This document shows positions 1-9,255 of a DNA stretch of 64,000 bases, piece after piece. Source of the stretch: Alphaproteobacteria bacterium (lineage in GTDB: Bacteria > Pseudomonadota > Alphaproteobacteria > UBA828); NCBI GenBank assembly GCA_965214705.1, contig OZ243972.1, positions 1,888,001 to 1,952,000 on the forward strand, read 5' to 3'. Numbering within the stretch: the stretch's first letter is position 1; the number at the start of each line of letters is the position of its first letter. The position numbers were made by a program, and so were the translations under genes. The notes below the pieces were generated by a model, which saw only the letters and a list, made by a program, of their open reading frames with translations, did no database searches and had not been told where the DNA came from.

Positions 1-232
1 CGTGACCGGCGAGCGCATCGCGGCGCTCGAAGGCATCGGCGAGATGAAGCGCGAGGCGGCGGACAGGGCCGCGGACGCGGCCCTGGGCGCGGAGCACGGG
101 ACGGATCGCGGAGCGGGGTCGGGCACGGCGAAGGATCGCGGGACAGAGACAGCCCCGTCGAAATCGCCCGCGAAGGAACCCGAAGCGCCGATCCGGGACC
201 GCGGGAAGGGAGGCATGGACCTTGGATTGTGA
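1..232 (+). CDS. 3' end of a probable relaxase/mobilisation protein (runs off the window edge)
   Basis: Low-complexity tail ending ...RDRGKGGMDLGL, typical of relaxase C-termini; overlaps the next gene; mobilisation context. Confidence 0.4.
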   Translation, partial: VTGERIAALEGIGEMKREAADRAADAALGAEHGTDRGAGSGTAKDRGTETAPSKSPAKEPEAPIRDRGKGGMDLGL

Positions 233-719
233 CGGGATCGACGTACGGCACGGGTCCGGCCACGGGCGTCTGGCCGTGCTGATCGACGCGGAAAACGCCA
301 GCGCGCGGCATGCGCGGGTCGTGTTCGAGGCCGCCAGGAGGCTCGGCGAGGCCACGGTGCGGCGCATCTACGGCGACTTCTCGGGCGGACGCCTTGCCTC
401 GTGGAACGCCGCGATCGCCACGTATTCGATCGTGCCGTGCCATCAGCCGGCCCATGTGCGCGGCAAGAACGCTGCCGACATCGCGCTCGCGGTGGACGCG
501 ATGGACCTGATGTACAGGGAGCGGCTGGACGGTTTCGCGCTGGTGACCAGCGACAGCGACTTCACCCGGCTCGCCCAGCGGCTGCGCGAGGGCGGGCTCG
601 CGGTCTTCGGGTTCGGGGAATGCAAGACGCCGCGGGCGTTCCGCGCCGCCTGCAACGGCTTCGAGATCCTCGGGAAGGCCCGGAACGGGGCGCGCGAACC
701 GGGGCAGCAGTTCTTCTAG
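222..719 (+). CDS. NYN domain (LabA/DUF88, PIN-like) protein
   Basis: LAVLIDAENA, RRIYGDFS, GKNAADIALAVDAMDL, LVTSDSDFTRLAQRLRE motifs. Confidence 0.9.
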   Translation: MDCDGIDVRHGSGHGRLAVLIDAENASARHARVVFEAARRLGEATVRRIYGDFSGGRLASWNAAIATYSIVPCHQPAHVRGKNAADIALAVDAMDLMYRERLDGFALVTSDSDFTRLAQRLREGGLAVFGFGECKTPRAFRAACNGFEILGKARNGAREPGQQFF

Positions 720-731
720 GAGGCCGCGGAG

Positions 732-1095
732 ATGAGTGAAGAGGTCCGCAACGAGGCCGCCGCGGGCGAAAATGCAGCCGAAAAGTCGGGCGACGTCCGC
801 AAGACGAGGGGCATTCGCTTCTCGGAATCGGAGTGGGAGGAGGTCAAGAAGGCCGCTGCCGCCCATGAAATGCCGGCCGCGGAGTTCGTCCGCGAGCGGA
901 TTCTCGCTCTCGCGCGGGCGCCGGCGAGCGTCGAAATGGGCGCGGTCGCGGGTTCGATGGCGCCGCTGGTCGAGCGAATGTTCCGCTACGTCTGGTTCCT
1001 GGCGACCGAGAAGCGCGACGCGATGGTCCGCGAAGGGCGCGAGGACGAGGTCGACCGGCTGATCGCGGAGGCCCGCGCCTTCCAGCAATCGCTCC
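732..1095 (+). pseudogene. Ribbon-helix-helix (MobC-like) protein interrupted near its 3' end by IS66; native tail continues at 6400-6419
   Basis: KTRGIRFSESEWEEVKKAAAAHEMPAAEFVRE RHH pattern; removing the IS66 and one target duplication gives ...FQQSLRRNAKD-stop (TGA 6417-6419). Confidence 0.7.
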
Positions 1096-1125
1096 GTAAG
1101 CGCTGCGAGCGCCCCACCCTGCTTT

Positions 1126-2781
1126 TCAGCTTGACGCCGGGTCGAAGTTCCAGGGCAGGAGTTCGTCGATTTTGGATTGGGGGTGGCCGGCGGCGATCTT
1201 CTCCAGCGTGCTCTTGAGCCAGGCGTAGGGCTCGACCCCATTCATCTTGCAGGTCTCGATCAGCGAAGCGATCCGGCCCCAAGAGATAGCGCCTTCGTCG
1301 TGGCCGGCGAACAACGCGTTCTTGGCCGTGAGTTTGATCGGACGGATTCGGTTCTCGACGAAGTTGCTGTCCATCTCGACGCGCCCGTCGTACAGGAACT
1401 CCAGCAACCCCTCCCACTGGTTGGCGATGTAGGTCAGCTTCTCGCCGAGGCGCGAGCGCGGCGAGACCAGCGAGCGCTGCTCGTCGAGCCAGACGCCGAA
1501 GGCGTTCACCAGCGGCGCGGACTCGGTCCATCGAACGAACTGGCGCGTCGCCGGCGGCTCGCCCCGGATCTTATCTTCGATCCTGTAGAGCTGAGCGATG
1601 CGCTCCAGACCGGCCTTGGCGATCGGCGAGGCGTTGCTGTCGAACACCTCCTTGAGGCCGCGCCTGGCGTGGACCCAGCACGCCGCGAGCGTCAGTGCTC
1701 CTCCGGATCGATCCGGCCGGCGCAGCCGGTTGTGGCCGGAATAGCCGTCGACCTGCACCGTTCCCTTGAAGCCCGCGAGCAGCTTCTCGCCATGCTTGCC
1801 GCTGCGGCTGGGCGCATAATCGTACACCACGCCCGGCGGATCGGCCCCGCACCATGCCCGCTCGTCGCGCGCCATCGTCCACATGTAGCCGGTCTTGGTC
1901 TTGCCCCGGCCCGGGTCGAGAACCCGAACCGTGGTCTCGTCCAGGCCGAGGTTGCTCGACGTCTTCAACTCCCCCTTCAGGCAGTCGAACACGGGCCGCA
2001 GGTGGAACGACGCCTTGCCGACCCACTCGGCCAGCGTCGAACGGTGCAGCTCGATGCCCGAGCGGGCGTAGATCTGCGATTGCCGGTACAGCGGGAGGTG
2101 GTCCGCGAACTTCGACACCAGCACGTGGGCGAGCATGCCCTCGGTGGGCAGCCCGCCCTCGATGAGGTGCGCCGGCGCCGGCGCCTGGGTGACGCCTTCC
2201 TCGCAACTGCGGCAGGCGTACTTCGGCCGGATCGTGACGATGACCTGAAGTTGCGCCGGAACGATGTTGAGCCGCTCGGTGCGGTCCTCGCCGATCTTCA
2301 CCATCTCACCGCAGCCGCACGGGCACAGCCTGCTCTCGGGCTCGACAACCTCGTAGGTGCGCGGCAAGTGGGCCGGCAGATGACCGATGTTGCGTTCCGC
2401 AGCGGGGCGCTTCGCGCGCGGCGGCCGCGTCGTGCTCGCCGGGGTCTCTTCCTCGGCCTCGGCAAGCGCGCCTTCGAGCTCCTCGAAGGCGAGCAGGAGC
2501 TGGTCGGGATGGAGCTTCTCGGACTTCTTCCCGAACATCGCCCGGCGCAACTCGTTGAGCAGATGTTCAAGACGCTGGTTCTGCTCGGTGAGCGAGGCGA
2601 CCTTGGCGCGCAGGGTCTCGACCGCCGCTTCCGGGTCTTGCTCCTCGAGACGGCGGTTGCGAGCGCTCAGCGCCGCATTCTCGGCGCGAAGCGCCTCAAG
2701 AGCCGCCTGCTGCGCCTCGAACAGCGCCCGGTAGGGGCGTGCGAGCGCGCCGAGATCGACGTTGCCGGTGCCCGTCTCCAT
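1126..2781 (-). CDS. tnpC: IS66 family transposase TnpC
   Basis: Leucine zipper, FGKKSEK, CPCGC/CRSC zinc finger, KFADHLPLYRQ, LDET, CWVHARR, DSNFVENRIRP, IDELLPW. Confidence 0.95.
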   Translation of the reverse strand: METGTGNVDLGALARPYRALFEAQQAALEALRAENAALSARNRRLEEQDPEAAVETLRAKVASLTEQNQRLEHLLNELRRAMFGKKSEKLHPDQLLLAFEELEGALAEAEEETPASTTRPPRAKRPAAERNIGHLPAHLPRTYEVVEPESRLCPCGCGEMVKIGEDRTERLNIVPAQLQVIVTIRPKYACRSCEEGVTQAPAPAHLIEGGLPTEGMLAHVLVSKFADHLPLYRQSQIYARSGIELHRSTLAEWVGKASFHLRPVFDCLKGELKTSSNLGLDETTVRVLDPGRGKTKTGYMWTMARDERAWCGADPPGVVYDYAPSRSGKHGEKLLAGFKGTVQVDGYSGHNRLRRPDRSGGALTLAACWVHARRGLKEVFDSNASPIAKAGLERIAQLYRIEDKIRGEPPATRQFVRWTESAPLVNAFGVWLDEQRSLVSPRSRLGEKLTYIANQWEGLLEFLYDGRVEMDSNFVENRIRPIKLTAKNALFAGHDEGAISWGRIASLIETCKMNGVEPYAWLKSTLEKIAAGHPQSKIDELLPWNFDPASS

Positions 2782-2855
2782 CGCAGAATACTATCACGGA
2801 ATCAGCTACTTAGTAAAGAAGAGAGAGCGCAAAAGTGGGCTGTGCCGCCCCTGCA

Positions 2856-3209
2856 TCACGCCGCCGCAAGCGGCTTGCGCGCCCGCCGGCTCCACACCCG
2901 GCGCCAGTCCAGGCCCTCGAACAGCGCCTCGAATTGCGCGCGCGACAGACGCATCGTGCCGTCGCGAACCGTGGGCCAGGCAAAGCGGCTCTCCTCCAGA
3001 CGCTTGTGCGCCAACACCAAGCCCGTGCCGTCCCACCACAGCACCTTGATCCGGTCCGCGCGCTTGCAGCGAAACACCACGACAAGCCCCGAATAGGGGT
3101 CCAGACCGAGATCGCTCGCGACGATCGCAGCAAGCCCGTCGTGCTGCTTCCTGAAATCAACCGGCCGCGTCGCCACCACGATCCGCAGGCCGGAGCCCGG
3201 AACGATCAT
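2856..3209 (-). CDS. tnpB: IS66 accessory protein TnpB
   Basis: PVDFRKQHDGL...DRIKVLWWDGTGLVLAHKRLE motif. Confidence 0.95.
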   Translation of the reverse strand: MIVPGSGLRIVVATRPVDFRKQHDGLAAIVASDLGLDPYSGLVVVFRCKRADRIKVLWWDGTGLVLAHKRLEESRFAWPTVRDGTMRLSRAQFEALFEGLDWRRVWSRRARKPLAAA

Positions 3210-3496
3210 CGAAGCGCTCGCAACGCCGAGGCGATCGACGTGATGCGCACCGTGCTCACGTCGCCGTCGAGGCGTACCGTCACGCCGCGTGCCTCGATCG
3301 AGACCGAGCCCACATGGGCAGGTGCGGGGGCAGACTCCACCTCAACGGTGGCAAACGGTCCCTCGCTCGGCGCCGCCGGGGGAACCACGAGCTCGCCCTT
3401 GCGAGCCAGCTTGCGCCAGTACGAAAGCCGACGAGGGGGTACCCCGTGGCGCTCGGCCACCTCCTCTACGGTCGTCCCCCGCTCAAAACTCTCTTG
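3206..3496 (-). pseudogene. tnpA: IS66 TnpA, 3' part; 5' part lies at 6159-6354
   Basis: Joining at the duplicated CTTG restores REWSDEEKAWIVQ-ESFERGTTVEEVAERHGV, the TnpA HTH. Confidence 0.85.
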
Positions 3497-3724
3497 AACG
3501 AAGCCGCTACGCGGAGTTAGCGGCGTAGAGTTCATTCATTTCCGAGGCGTCGCGGGTGCCGTTTGTTCTGTGCGTTCGCTTCCCGGTTGCGTCAGTGGCG
3601 CTCCGCCCGTCGGGTGGCGGATCCCCAGCAGCCTCCCGATCACCAGTGGTTAGCATCGACCCCTGCGACGGACCGTCGCCGGATCGGTCCGGCGGCGCGC
3701 CGTCGCGATCCAGGGAGATCGATA

Positions 3725-4603
3725 ATGACCGGGACCGCGTGCGACACGAACACCGTCACCCCTCTTCGCCAGCGCATGGAGGAGCAGCTCCGCATCGCCA
3801 ATCTGGCCGCGAGCACGTCCAAGGCCTACATCTGCGAGATCAAGAACCTGGCCAGGTACTACGACGCCTCGCCGGACGAGCTCGACGCCGAGCAGGTGCG
3901 CCAGTGGTACCTGGGGCGGATCGACAAGGGGCTCAGTCCGGGCACGACCAACGTCTCCTTCGCCGCGCTGAACTTCCTCTACATCGACACACTCGGCTGG
4001 CCTGACCATGTCGCCGGCCTGCGCTCCCGCAAGAAGCCCGGCAAGCTGCCGCGCTACATGTCGGAGCAGGAGGTCGAGCACCTCATCCTTGCGACACCCG
4101 ACCTCCGCCACCGTGCTGCCATTGTCACCGGCTATGGCGGCGGGCTCCGCATCTCCGAGACCTTGGCCATCAAGGTCGGCGACATCCTGTCGGAGAAGAA
4201 GCTGCTGCACATCCCCTCCGGCAAAGGCGGCACCGAGAGAATGGCACCGTTGCCGGACATCGTCATCCACTACTTGCGCGTCTACTACAGGAACATCTGG
4301 CCGCGTCCGACGAACTGGCTCTTCTACGGCGTCTCGCTCGACAGGCCCATCGCAACGGAGACCTTGCAGGCCGCCTTCAGGAGGGCGCGCGACATTGCCG
4401 AGCTCGACCGCAGCTACACCTTCCATTGCCTGCGCCATTCGGCGGCGACCCATCTCCTCGAGCGCGGCGGCGATATCGAGGTGATCCGGGACATGCTCGG
4501 CCATCGAAGCGCGAACACGACCCGTCACTACGCCCGCGTCACCGGCAAGATGTTCGAGGGCCTCGACCACCCGATCTCAGGCTTCGCAGCGTTGCGCAAC
4601 TGA
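3725..4603 (+). CDS. Tyrosine recombinase/integrase (SAM-like N-terminus, integron-integrase-like group)
   Basis: TPLRQRMEEQL N-terminus; catalytic GLRISE, GKGG, HCLRHS, LGH, TRHYARV. Confidence 0.92.
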   Translation: MTGTACDTNTVTPLRQRMEEQLRIANLAASTSKAYICEIKNLARYYDASPDELDAEQVRQWYLGRIDKGLSPGTTNVSFAALNFLYIDTLGWPDHVAGLRSRKKPGKLPRYMSEQEVEHLILATPDLRHRAAIVTGYGGGLRISETLAIKVGDILSEKKLLHIPSGKGGTERMAPLPDIVIHYLRVYYRNIWPRPTNWLFYGVSLDRPIATETLQAAFRRARDIAELDRSYTFHCLRHSAATHLLERGGDIEVIRDMLGHRSANTTRHYARVTGKMFEGLDHPISGFAALRN

Positions 4604-4609
4604 CGGCGC

Positions 4610-5851
4610 GTGGAGGCCGAACGCGCGGGCGTGGCGGAGATCTTCCGCCGCGCCGGCGCCGCTTTCCGTGAGCGCCACAAAGGGCGCATCGACGCCGCCC
4701 GGCTCAAGGTCATGGGCGCCATCGAGGCGTGCCGCACCGCCGTGCTCGGCGGCCACATGTACGCCTGCGAGGGCTGCGGGCGCGAGCATCCGCTCTTCAA
4801 CTCCTGCCGCAACCGCCACTGCCCCACCTGCCAGGGTCTCGCCGCCAACCTCTGGAGCGAGGAGCGCGCCGGGGACATCCTGCCGGTGCCCTACTTCCAT
4901 GTGGTCTTCACCCTGCCCAAGGAGGTTGCCGCCATTGCCTTCTGCAACCGCAGGGTGGTGTTCGACATCCTCTTCCGGGCCGTCGCCGAGACCCTGCGCA
5001 CCATCGCCGCCGATCCCCGCCACGGCGGCATGCGCATCGGCGGCACCGCGGTCCTCCATACCTGGGATCAGAAGCTCCGCTTCCACCCGCACCTGCACGT
5101 GGTCGTGCCCAACGCGGGCTTCGACGTAGACAGTGGCGAGTGGAAGACGGGGAGCACCACCTTCCTCGCCCCCGTCAAGGTCCTCGGCAGCCTGTTCCGC
5201 CGCCTCTTCCTCAAGGAGCTCGCCCGCGCCCACGGCCGGGGGGACCTGGAGTTCCACGGCACCCTCGCCCACCTCGCCAATCCCGGCGAGTTCCACGCCA
5301 CGCTTGCCGCCGCCCGGGCCAGGGACTGGGTGGTCTACGCCAAGCGGCCCTTCCGCGGGCCTGAGCAGGTCTTCCGGTACCTCTCGCACTACACGCACAG
5401 GATCGCCATCTCCGACAGCCGCATCGTCTCCTTCGACGGCGAGACGGTCTCCTTCCGCCACCGAAAGCCCAAGGCGCCGGGGCAGAGAAAGCCGCGCTAC
5501 GGCATCGCCACCGTGAGCGCCGACGAGTTCATCCGCCGCTTCCTGAGGCACGTCCTGCCGGACGGCATGCACCGCATTCGCTACTTCGGCATCCTCGCCA
5601 ACGGCTGCCGCGCCAGCACGCTGGAGAGAGCACGCCAGGCTCTCGGCGCCCTCGGCTGCGCCGCCCCCGAGGGAAGCGTGGACGGCGCTCGGGCCGAGCC
5701 CGACGAAGAGCCCGAGATCGGCACCGCGCCCGTGGCCTGCCCCCACTGCGGCGGCGTCATGCGCCTCGTCCGCGAAATCCGCCGCCGCCATGAGCCCCGC
5801 TCGACGCGCGGCCCGCCGGCGCTGCCGCCGACCCACAGGGGGAAACCGTGA
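4610..5851 (+). CDS. IS91 family (Y2 HUH) transposase with N-terminal zinc-binding domain
   Basis: CRT..LGGH..CEGC...NSCRNRHCPTC, YFHVVFTLP, LHTW...HPHLHVV (HUH), YLSHY, HVLPDGMHRIRYFG. Confidence 0.93.
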   Translation: MEAERAGVAEIFRRAGAAFRERHKGRIDAARLKVMGAIEACRTAVLGGHMYACEGCGREHPLFNSCRNRHCPTCQGLAANLWSEERAGDILPVPYFHVVFTLPKEVAAIAFCNRRVVFDILFRAVAETLRTIAADPRHGGMRIGGTAVLHTWDQKLRFHPHLHVVVPNAGFDVDSGEWKTGSTTFLAPVKVLGSLFRRLFLKELARAHGRGDLEFHGTLAHLANPGEFHATLAAARARDWVVYAKRPFRGPEQVFRYLSHYTHRIAISDSRIVSFDGETVSFRHRKPKAPGQRKPRYGIATVSADEFIRRFLRHVLPDGMHRIRYFGILANGCRASTLERARQALGALGCAAPEGSVDGARAEPDEEPEIGTAPVACPHCGGVMRLVREIRRRHEPRSTRGPPALPPTHRGKP

Positions 5852-6113
5852 GACGCCCGCTCGCTTCGGCCCCGCGCAACGGCGCCAAAGCGCCGACGCA
5901 CGACCGAACCTGTCTCCGCTTGAGCCGGGCTGACAGCCCTCGGCTCACACCCCGCTCAGTCCTCGCAGCGTGCGCCCGCATGCCTGCCGAAAGACCGGCG
6001 CGAGCGTCGATTTTATGCGCAACTCTGCTGCCGGTGGATGCCGCCTGACGCTGACATCAGCGCACTTTCCACATAGCTCAACTTCGCCTCTCGTGGCCCG
6101 CGGCTTCGTTCAA

Positions 6114-6155
6114 AAGGGTTGGGCAGGCTCTCGAGAGAGAGCCTGCCCAACCCTT
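6114..6155. repeat. Perfect 19-bp stem hairpin at the right end of the IS91-like element
   Basis: AAGGGTTGGGCAGGCTCTC-gaga-GAGAGCCTGCCCAACCCTT. Confidence 0.9.
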
Positions 6156-6158
6156 AAC

Positions 6159-6354
6159 CTTGGACGATCCACGCCTTCTCTTCGTCCGACCACTCTCGCT
6201 GACGCGCGCCGTCCTGCGAACCCTCCGAGGCCTTGCTTGCCTCGTCCTCGTCGCCAACCTCTTCCTTCGCTTGTCGCGGAACCGACCCACGCAGAATATC
6301 GAAACCATCCATCGCATGATCCTCCACAGCCAGAGGATCATCGAACCTCATCAC
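6159..6354 (-). pseudogene. tnpA: IS66 TnpA, 5' part
   Basis: RQREWSDEEKAWIVQ, in frame with 3206-3496 after excision of the nested element. Confidence 0.8.
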
Positions 6355-6535
6355 AGAGAAAGCCGTAAGGTGGGGCGCTCGCAGCGCTTACATCGCTCCG
6401 CCGGAACGCCAAGGACTGAGCCCGGCGGGCACCCGCGCGGGCGCATTGGTCCACCGCGCGAACCGATCTCCGACGAACGGCGGGCCTCCAGCGAGAGCTG
6501 CCAGGGCCGTCAGCCGGGCATCCCCTCCGCAATGC

Positions 6536-6668
6536 GCGTGTATCGGTCGTATGCCGGTCGGTGTTCGAAGCGTGTTTCGGCGTATGTCGGTCCGTGTATC
6601 GGTGGACGCATGCGGCGCCTGACGGCGCCCCAGGCATGACAAGCCGCGTGTATCGCACCGATACACGC
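6536..6668. repeat. Cluster of ~10-bp CGTGTATCGG-like repeats plus a palindrome
   Basis: Copies at 6537, 6571, 6581, 6593; palindrome GCGTGTATCG-cac-CGATACACGC at 6646-6668. Confidence 0.55.
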
Positions 6669-7234
6669 TCGATCCAACAACAGTGAGGCGCCCGCAGGCG
6701 CCGTGAGGCGGACGTGGCGCACGCAGGGCGCCGCAAACGCGCGCAAGCGCCACCAGCATCATCGATGCGTCGGGTGTGAAAACCGAGGCCCGCCCCGGCG
6801 GGTCGAAAGCCTGATTCGCGCTGAACGGGGGATCGGGAAATCGACGCCGGGGAACCCGGCGGAGGGGAGCCGCCGCGGCGTGTGAGCGGACGGCCTCGGC
6901 GTCGCGAGCGAGGGCAGCGGTGCGAAGCACCGTGCCGAGCGGGCCGGCAGCACCGTCGGCAGTCATGCCGGCGGTGCTGCAACGGCGAGTGACGCGACGG
7001 CGGAACGGCGCGGCGACGGCGCCGAAGGCGGGAGCGCGCAGCGGGATGCCGGAGGCGTCCGGAGCGGTGCGAGCGGAAGCGAACGCACCGGCGAACGGCG
7101 AGCGACAGCGAGCCGGAGCACGAGCGCGGCGCGAAGCGCGCGCGAGGTGTCGGCGGTGCCGCGCGACCGATGTGCGAACGGGAAACGGGCCGCGCCGCCG
7201 CCGGAGCGACGACGCGGCCCGCGATGCGCTGCGG

Positions 7235-8314
7235 TCAGGCCGCGATGCGCTGGACCGGGATGCCGAGCTGCCGCGCCTTGTCGACGAGGTTCTCGGTGAT
7301 GCCGGAGCCGGGGAACGCGATGACGCCCTTCGGCAGGAGGTTCAGCAGTTCGTCGTTGCGGCGGAACGGGGCGGCGCGTCCGTGGCGGTCCCAGTCCGGC
7401 TTGCAGACGACCTGGTGGACGCCGTTGCGCTCTGCCCAGCTGGCCGCGATCTTCTCGACGCCGGGGCCGCCGCCATGCACGAGTACCATGTCGGCGTACT
7501 TCTCGCGGGCCTTGTCGAGGCGGGCGATGACGGCGGCCGGGTCGGCAACGTCCTTCCCGCCGGCGATGGCGATGAGCGTGCCGTCGGGGAGGTGCGCGGT
7601 GGTCTTGCGGTCCTTGCGGGCGCGCATGAAGTCGCGGGCGTCGATGGCGGCGGAAGTCAGATGCCCGGTGCGGCTGGCGTGCGAACCGTGGCGCGGACGC
7701 CAGACTTCGCCGGTGCGGGCACGGTAGGCTTCTGCGGCGCAGTCGCGGTAGATCTCCAGCGCGTCGCGGCGGTCGCTCATGTTGTGCGCCTTGTCGGTCA
7801 GCCGCTCCAGCTCGACGGACTTGACCTCGGAGCCGTCCTGCGCGCGCTGAAGGTCGCGAAGCTCGGGCTCCATCCGGTCCAGGGCGCGGTCCAGCCGCTG
7901 GGTCTGGGCGTGGAAGCAGTTGACCAGGCCCCAGATGAGGCTCTCGCGCTCGTCGGCCAGCTTGGTGCCGTCCGCGCACAGCCGTTCGGCGGCAAGGTCG
8001 ACGATCTCGTGCAGGATGCCGGGCAGGTGCGAGTCCTCGAACGCGGCGTGGAGGTCGGGCACGTCCAGCGGGTCGCCGGGATGCAGGTTGGGGTCCTGAT
8101 CGCTGCGCACCTTGTACGCGATGCGCCGGGTGCGCTTCTCGGCGAAGGTCAGCTCGCCATGGGGCCGGGTCTTGATGCGCTCGGGGGCTTCCCACAGGGG
8201 CCGGTTGTCGAACTCGTCCGGGCCGGGGGTCATGCCGAACAGCTCCGCGTGCTCGCAGGCGGTCGCGGTGGCGGACTGCCCGCCGGTCTCCATGGTGTCG
8301 ATATCGAAGGTCAT
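7235..8314 (-). CDS. DUF2493 / YspA-like SLOG domain protein, copy 1
   Basis: C-terminal IAIAGGKD...LVHGGGPGVEKIAASWA...PDWDRHGRAAPFRRN...VIAFPGSGITENLVDKARQLGIPV. Confidence 0.85.
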   Translation of the reverse strand: MTFDIDTMETGGQSATATACEHAELFGMTPGPDEFDNRPLWEAPERIKTRPHGELTFAEKRTRRIAYKVRSDQDPNLHPGDPLDVPDLHAAFEDSHLPGILHEIVDLAAERLCADGTKLADERESLIWGLVNCFHAQTQRLDRALDRMEPELRDLQRAQDGSEVKSVELERLTDKAHNMSDRRDALEIYRDCAAEAYRARTGEVWRPRHGSHASRTGHLTSAAIDARDFMRARKDRKTTAHLPDGTLIAIAGGKDVADPAAVIARLDKAREKYADMVLVHGGGPGVEKIAASWAERNGVHQVVCKPDWDRHGRAAPFRRNDELLNLLPKGVIAFPGSGITENLVDKARQLGIPVQRIAA

Positions 8315-8909
8315 GTCGATCTCCTTTGCGATCGGTTTCACGTCCGGGGCCGATCCCCGATGTGATGTCCTTTTGGGGCACGCGCGCGCACCGCAGCCAC
8401 GCGGGGTTGGTGGAGCTTGGCGGCGGATCGGGGCGATGGTGCGGGCGCAAGGCCCTATCGGAGCTTAGGTTCGCGCTTGCGCGGGCCTTAGCGGAGGTTG
8501 GGTCTGAGCCACGGTCGCCCCGATCCGTTGCCTAGCGGAACCTCCCCGCGCCGCAGCGCAGCGGAGGACCCCGCCGGAGGCGGGGTTGGCGGAGGGAGCA
8601 CGTGTAGAAAAAATGGATACGAGAAAGTGGTTCTATACTGCGATTCGATATGCGATGGTCGTTCGTTAAAAAGTCAGTATATGAGAGGTTTATGCATATG
8701 ACAACTATGGAGTGAGAATTCTGAGTGCTATGGTGTGAGAGGCGTGTCGTGTTGATATCGTGACACTGGGGTGTTGAAAGAGAACGTGTAGAGGTTGTAA
8801 GCTGTGCTATATGGGATGCTGTCGTGATGCTGGATATGATAGGCATACGGTTGAACTACCTTATAGGGCGATATAGTGACGTTTCTTCCATAGGGAGGCG
8901 AACGGGCAG

Positions 8910-9242
8910 ATGGCGGCAAGACAAAAGGGCGAAAAGCGCAAGCAACGCTGGGTCGGTGCGACGGATGCCGAATGGGCTGAAATCAGCGAAGGCGCGCGAG
9001 CGGCAGGTTTGTCGAATTCCGACTACGTCATCCGGCGCCGCCTCGACGACAAGGCGCGGGCCGAACCGACCGATGTCGGTCTGCCCCCGCCGGTGCTGCA
9101 CCGCGCGGTGAAGGCGGTGTTGATCCTCGAGGAACTGCAAAGGCTGCGTCTCGTGAACGATGGCGAGATGGGCGAGGCGGTTTGGCAGAAGGCGGTTGCC
9201 AAGGTGGACGCCTGGATGAAGGGCGAGGGCGGTCTAGGATGA
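8910..9242 (+). CDS. Putative RHH/MobC-like DNA-binding protein
   Basis: RWVGATDAEWAEISEGARAAGLSNSDYVIRR; first of three co-oriented small genes. Confidence 0.65.
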   Translation: MAARQKGEKRKQRWVGATDAEWAEISEGARAAGLSNSDYVIRRRLDDKARAEPTDVGLPPPVLHRAVKAVLILEELQRLRLVNDGEMGEAVWQKAVAKVDAWMKGEGGLG

Positions 9243-9255
9243 AACGGCAGGGGCC

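Larger units (their letters stand above)
3497..6162 (+). mobile_element. Tyrosine recombinase + IS91-family (HUH) transposase element inserted in IS66 tnpA
   Basis: CTTG at both junctions (3493-3496, 6159-6162); 14-bp inverted repeat TTGAACGAAGCCGC (3494-3507) / GCGGCTTCGTTCAA (6100-6113); excision restores the tnpA frame. Confidence 0.85.
1096..6391 (-). mobile_element. IS66 family element (tnpA-tnpB-tnpC) with a nested insertion
   Basis: Terminal inverted repeats GTAAGCGCTGCGAGCGCCCCACC at 1096 and ending at 6391; 8-bp target duplication ATCGCTCC (1088-1095, 6392-6399). Confidence 0.95.

Noticed and set aside
1177-3096. Long ORFs antisense to or frame-shifted on real genes (e.g. 639 aa here, 848 aa at 14603, 624 aa at 37952, 466 aa at 59823)
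   Set aside because: Shadow ORFs expected in high-GC DNA; they overlap well-supported genes and have no recognisable motifs
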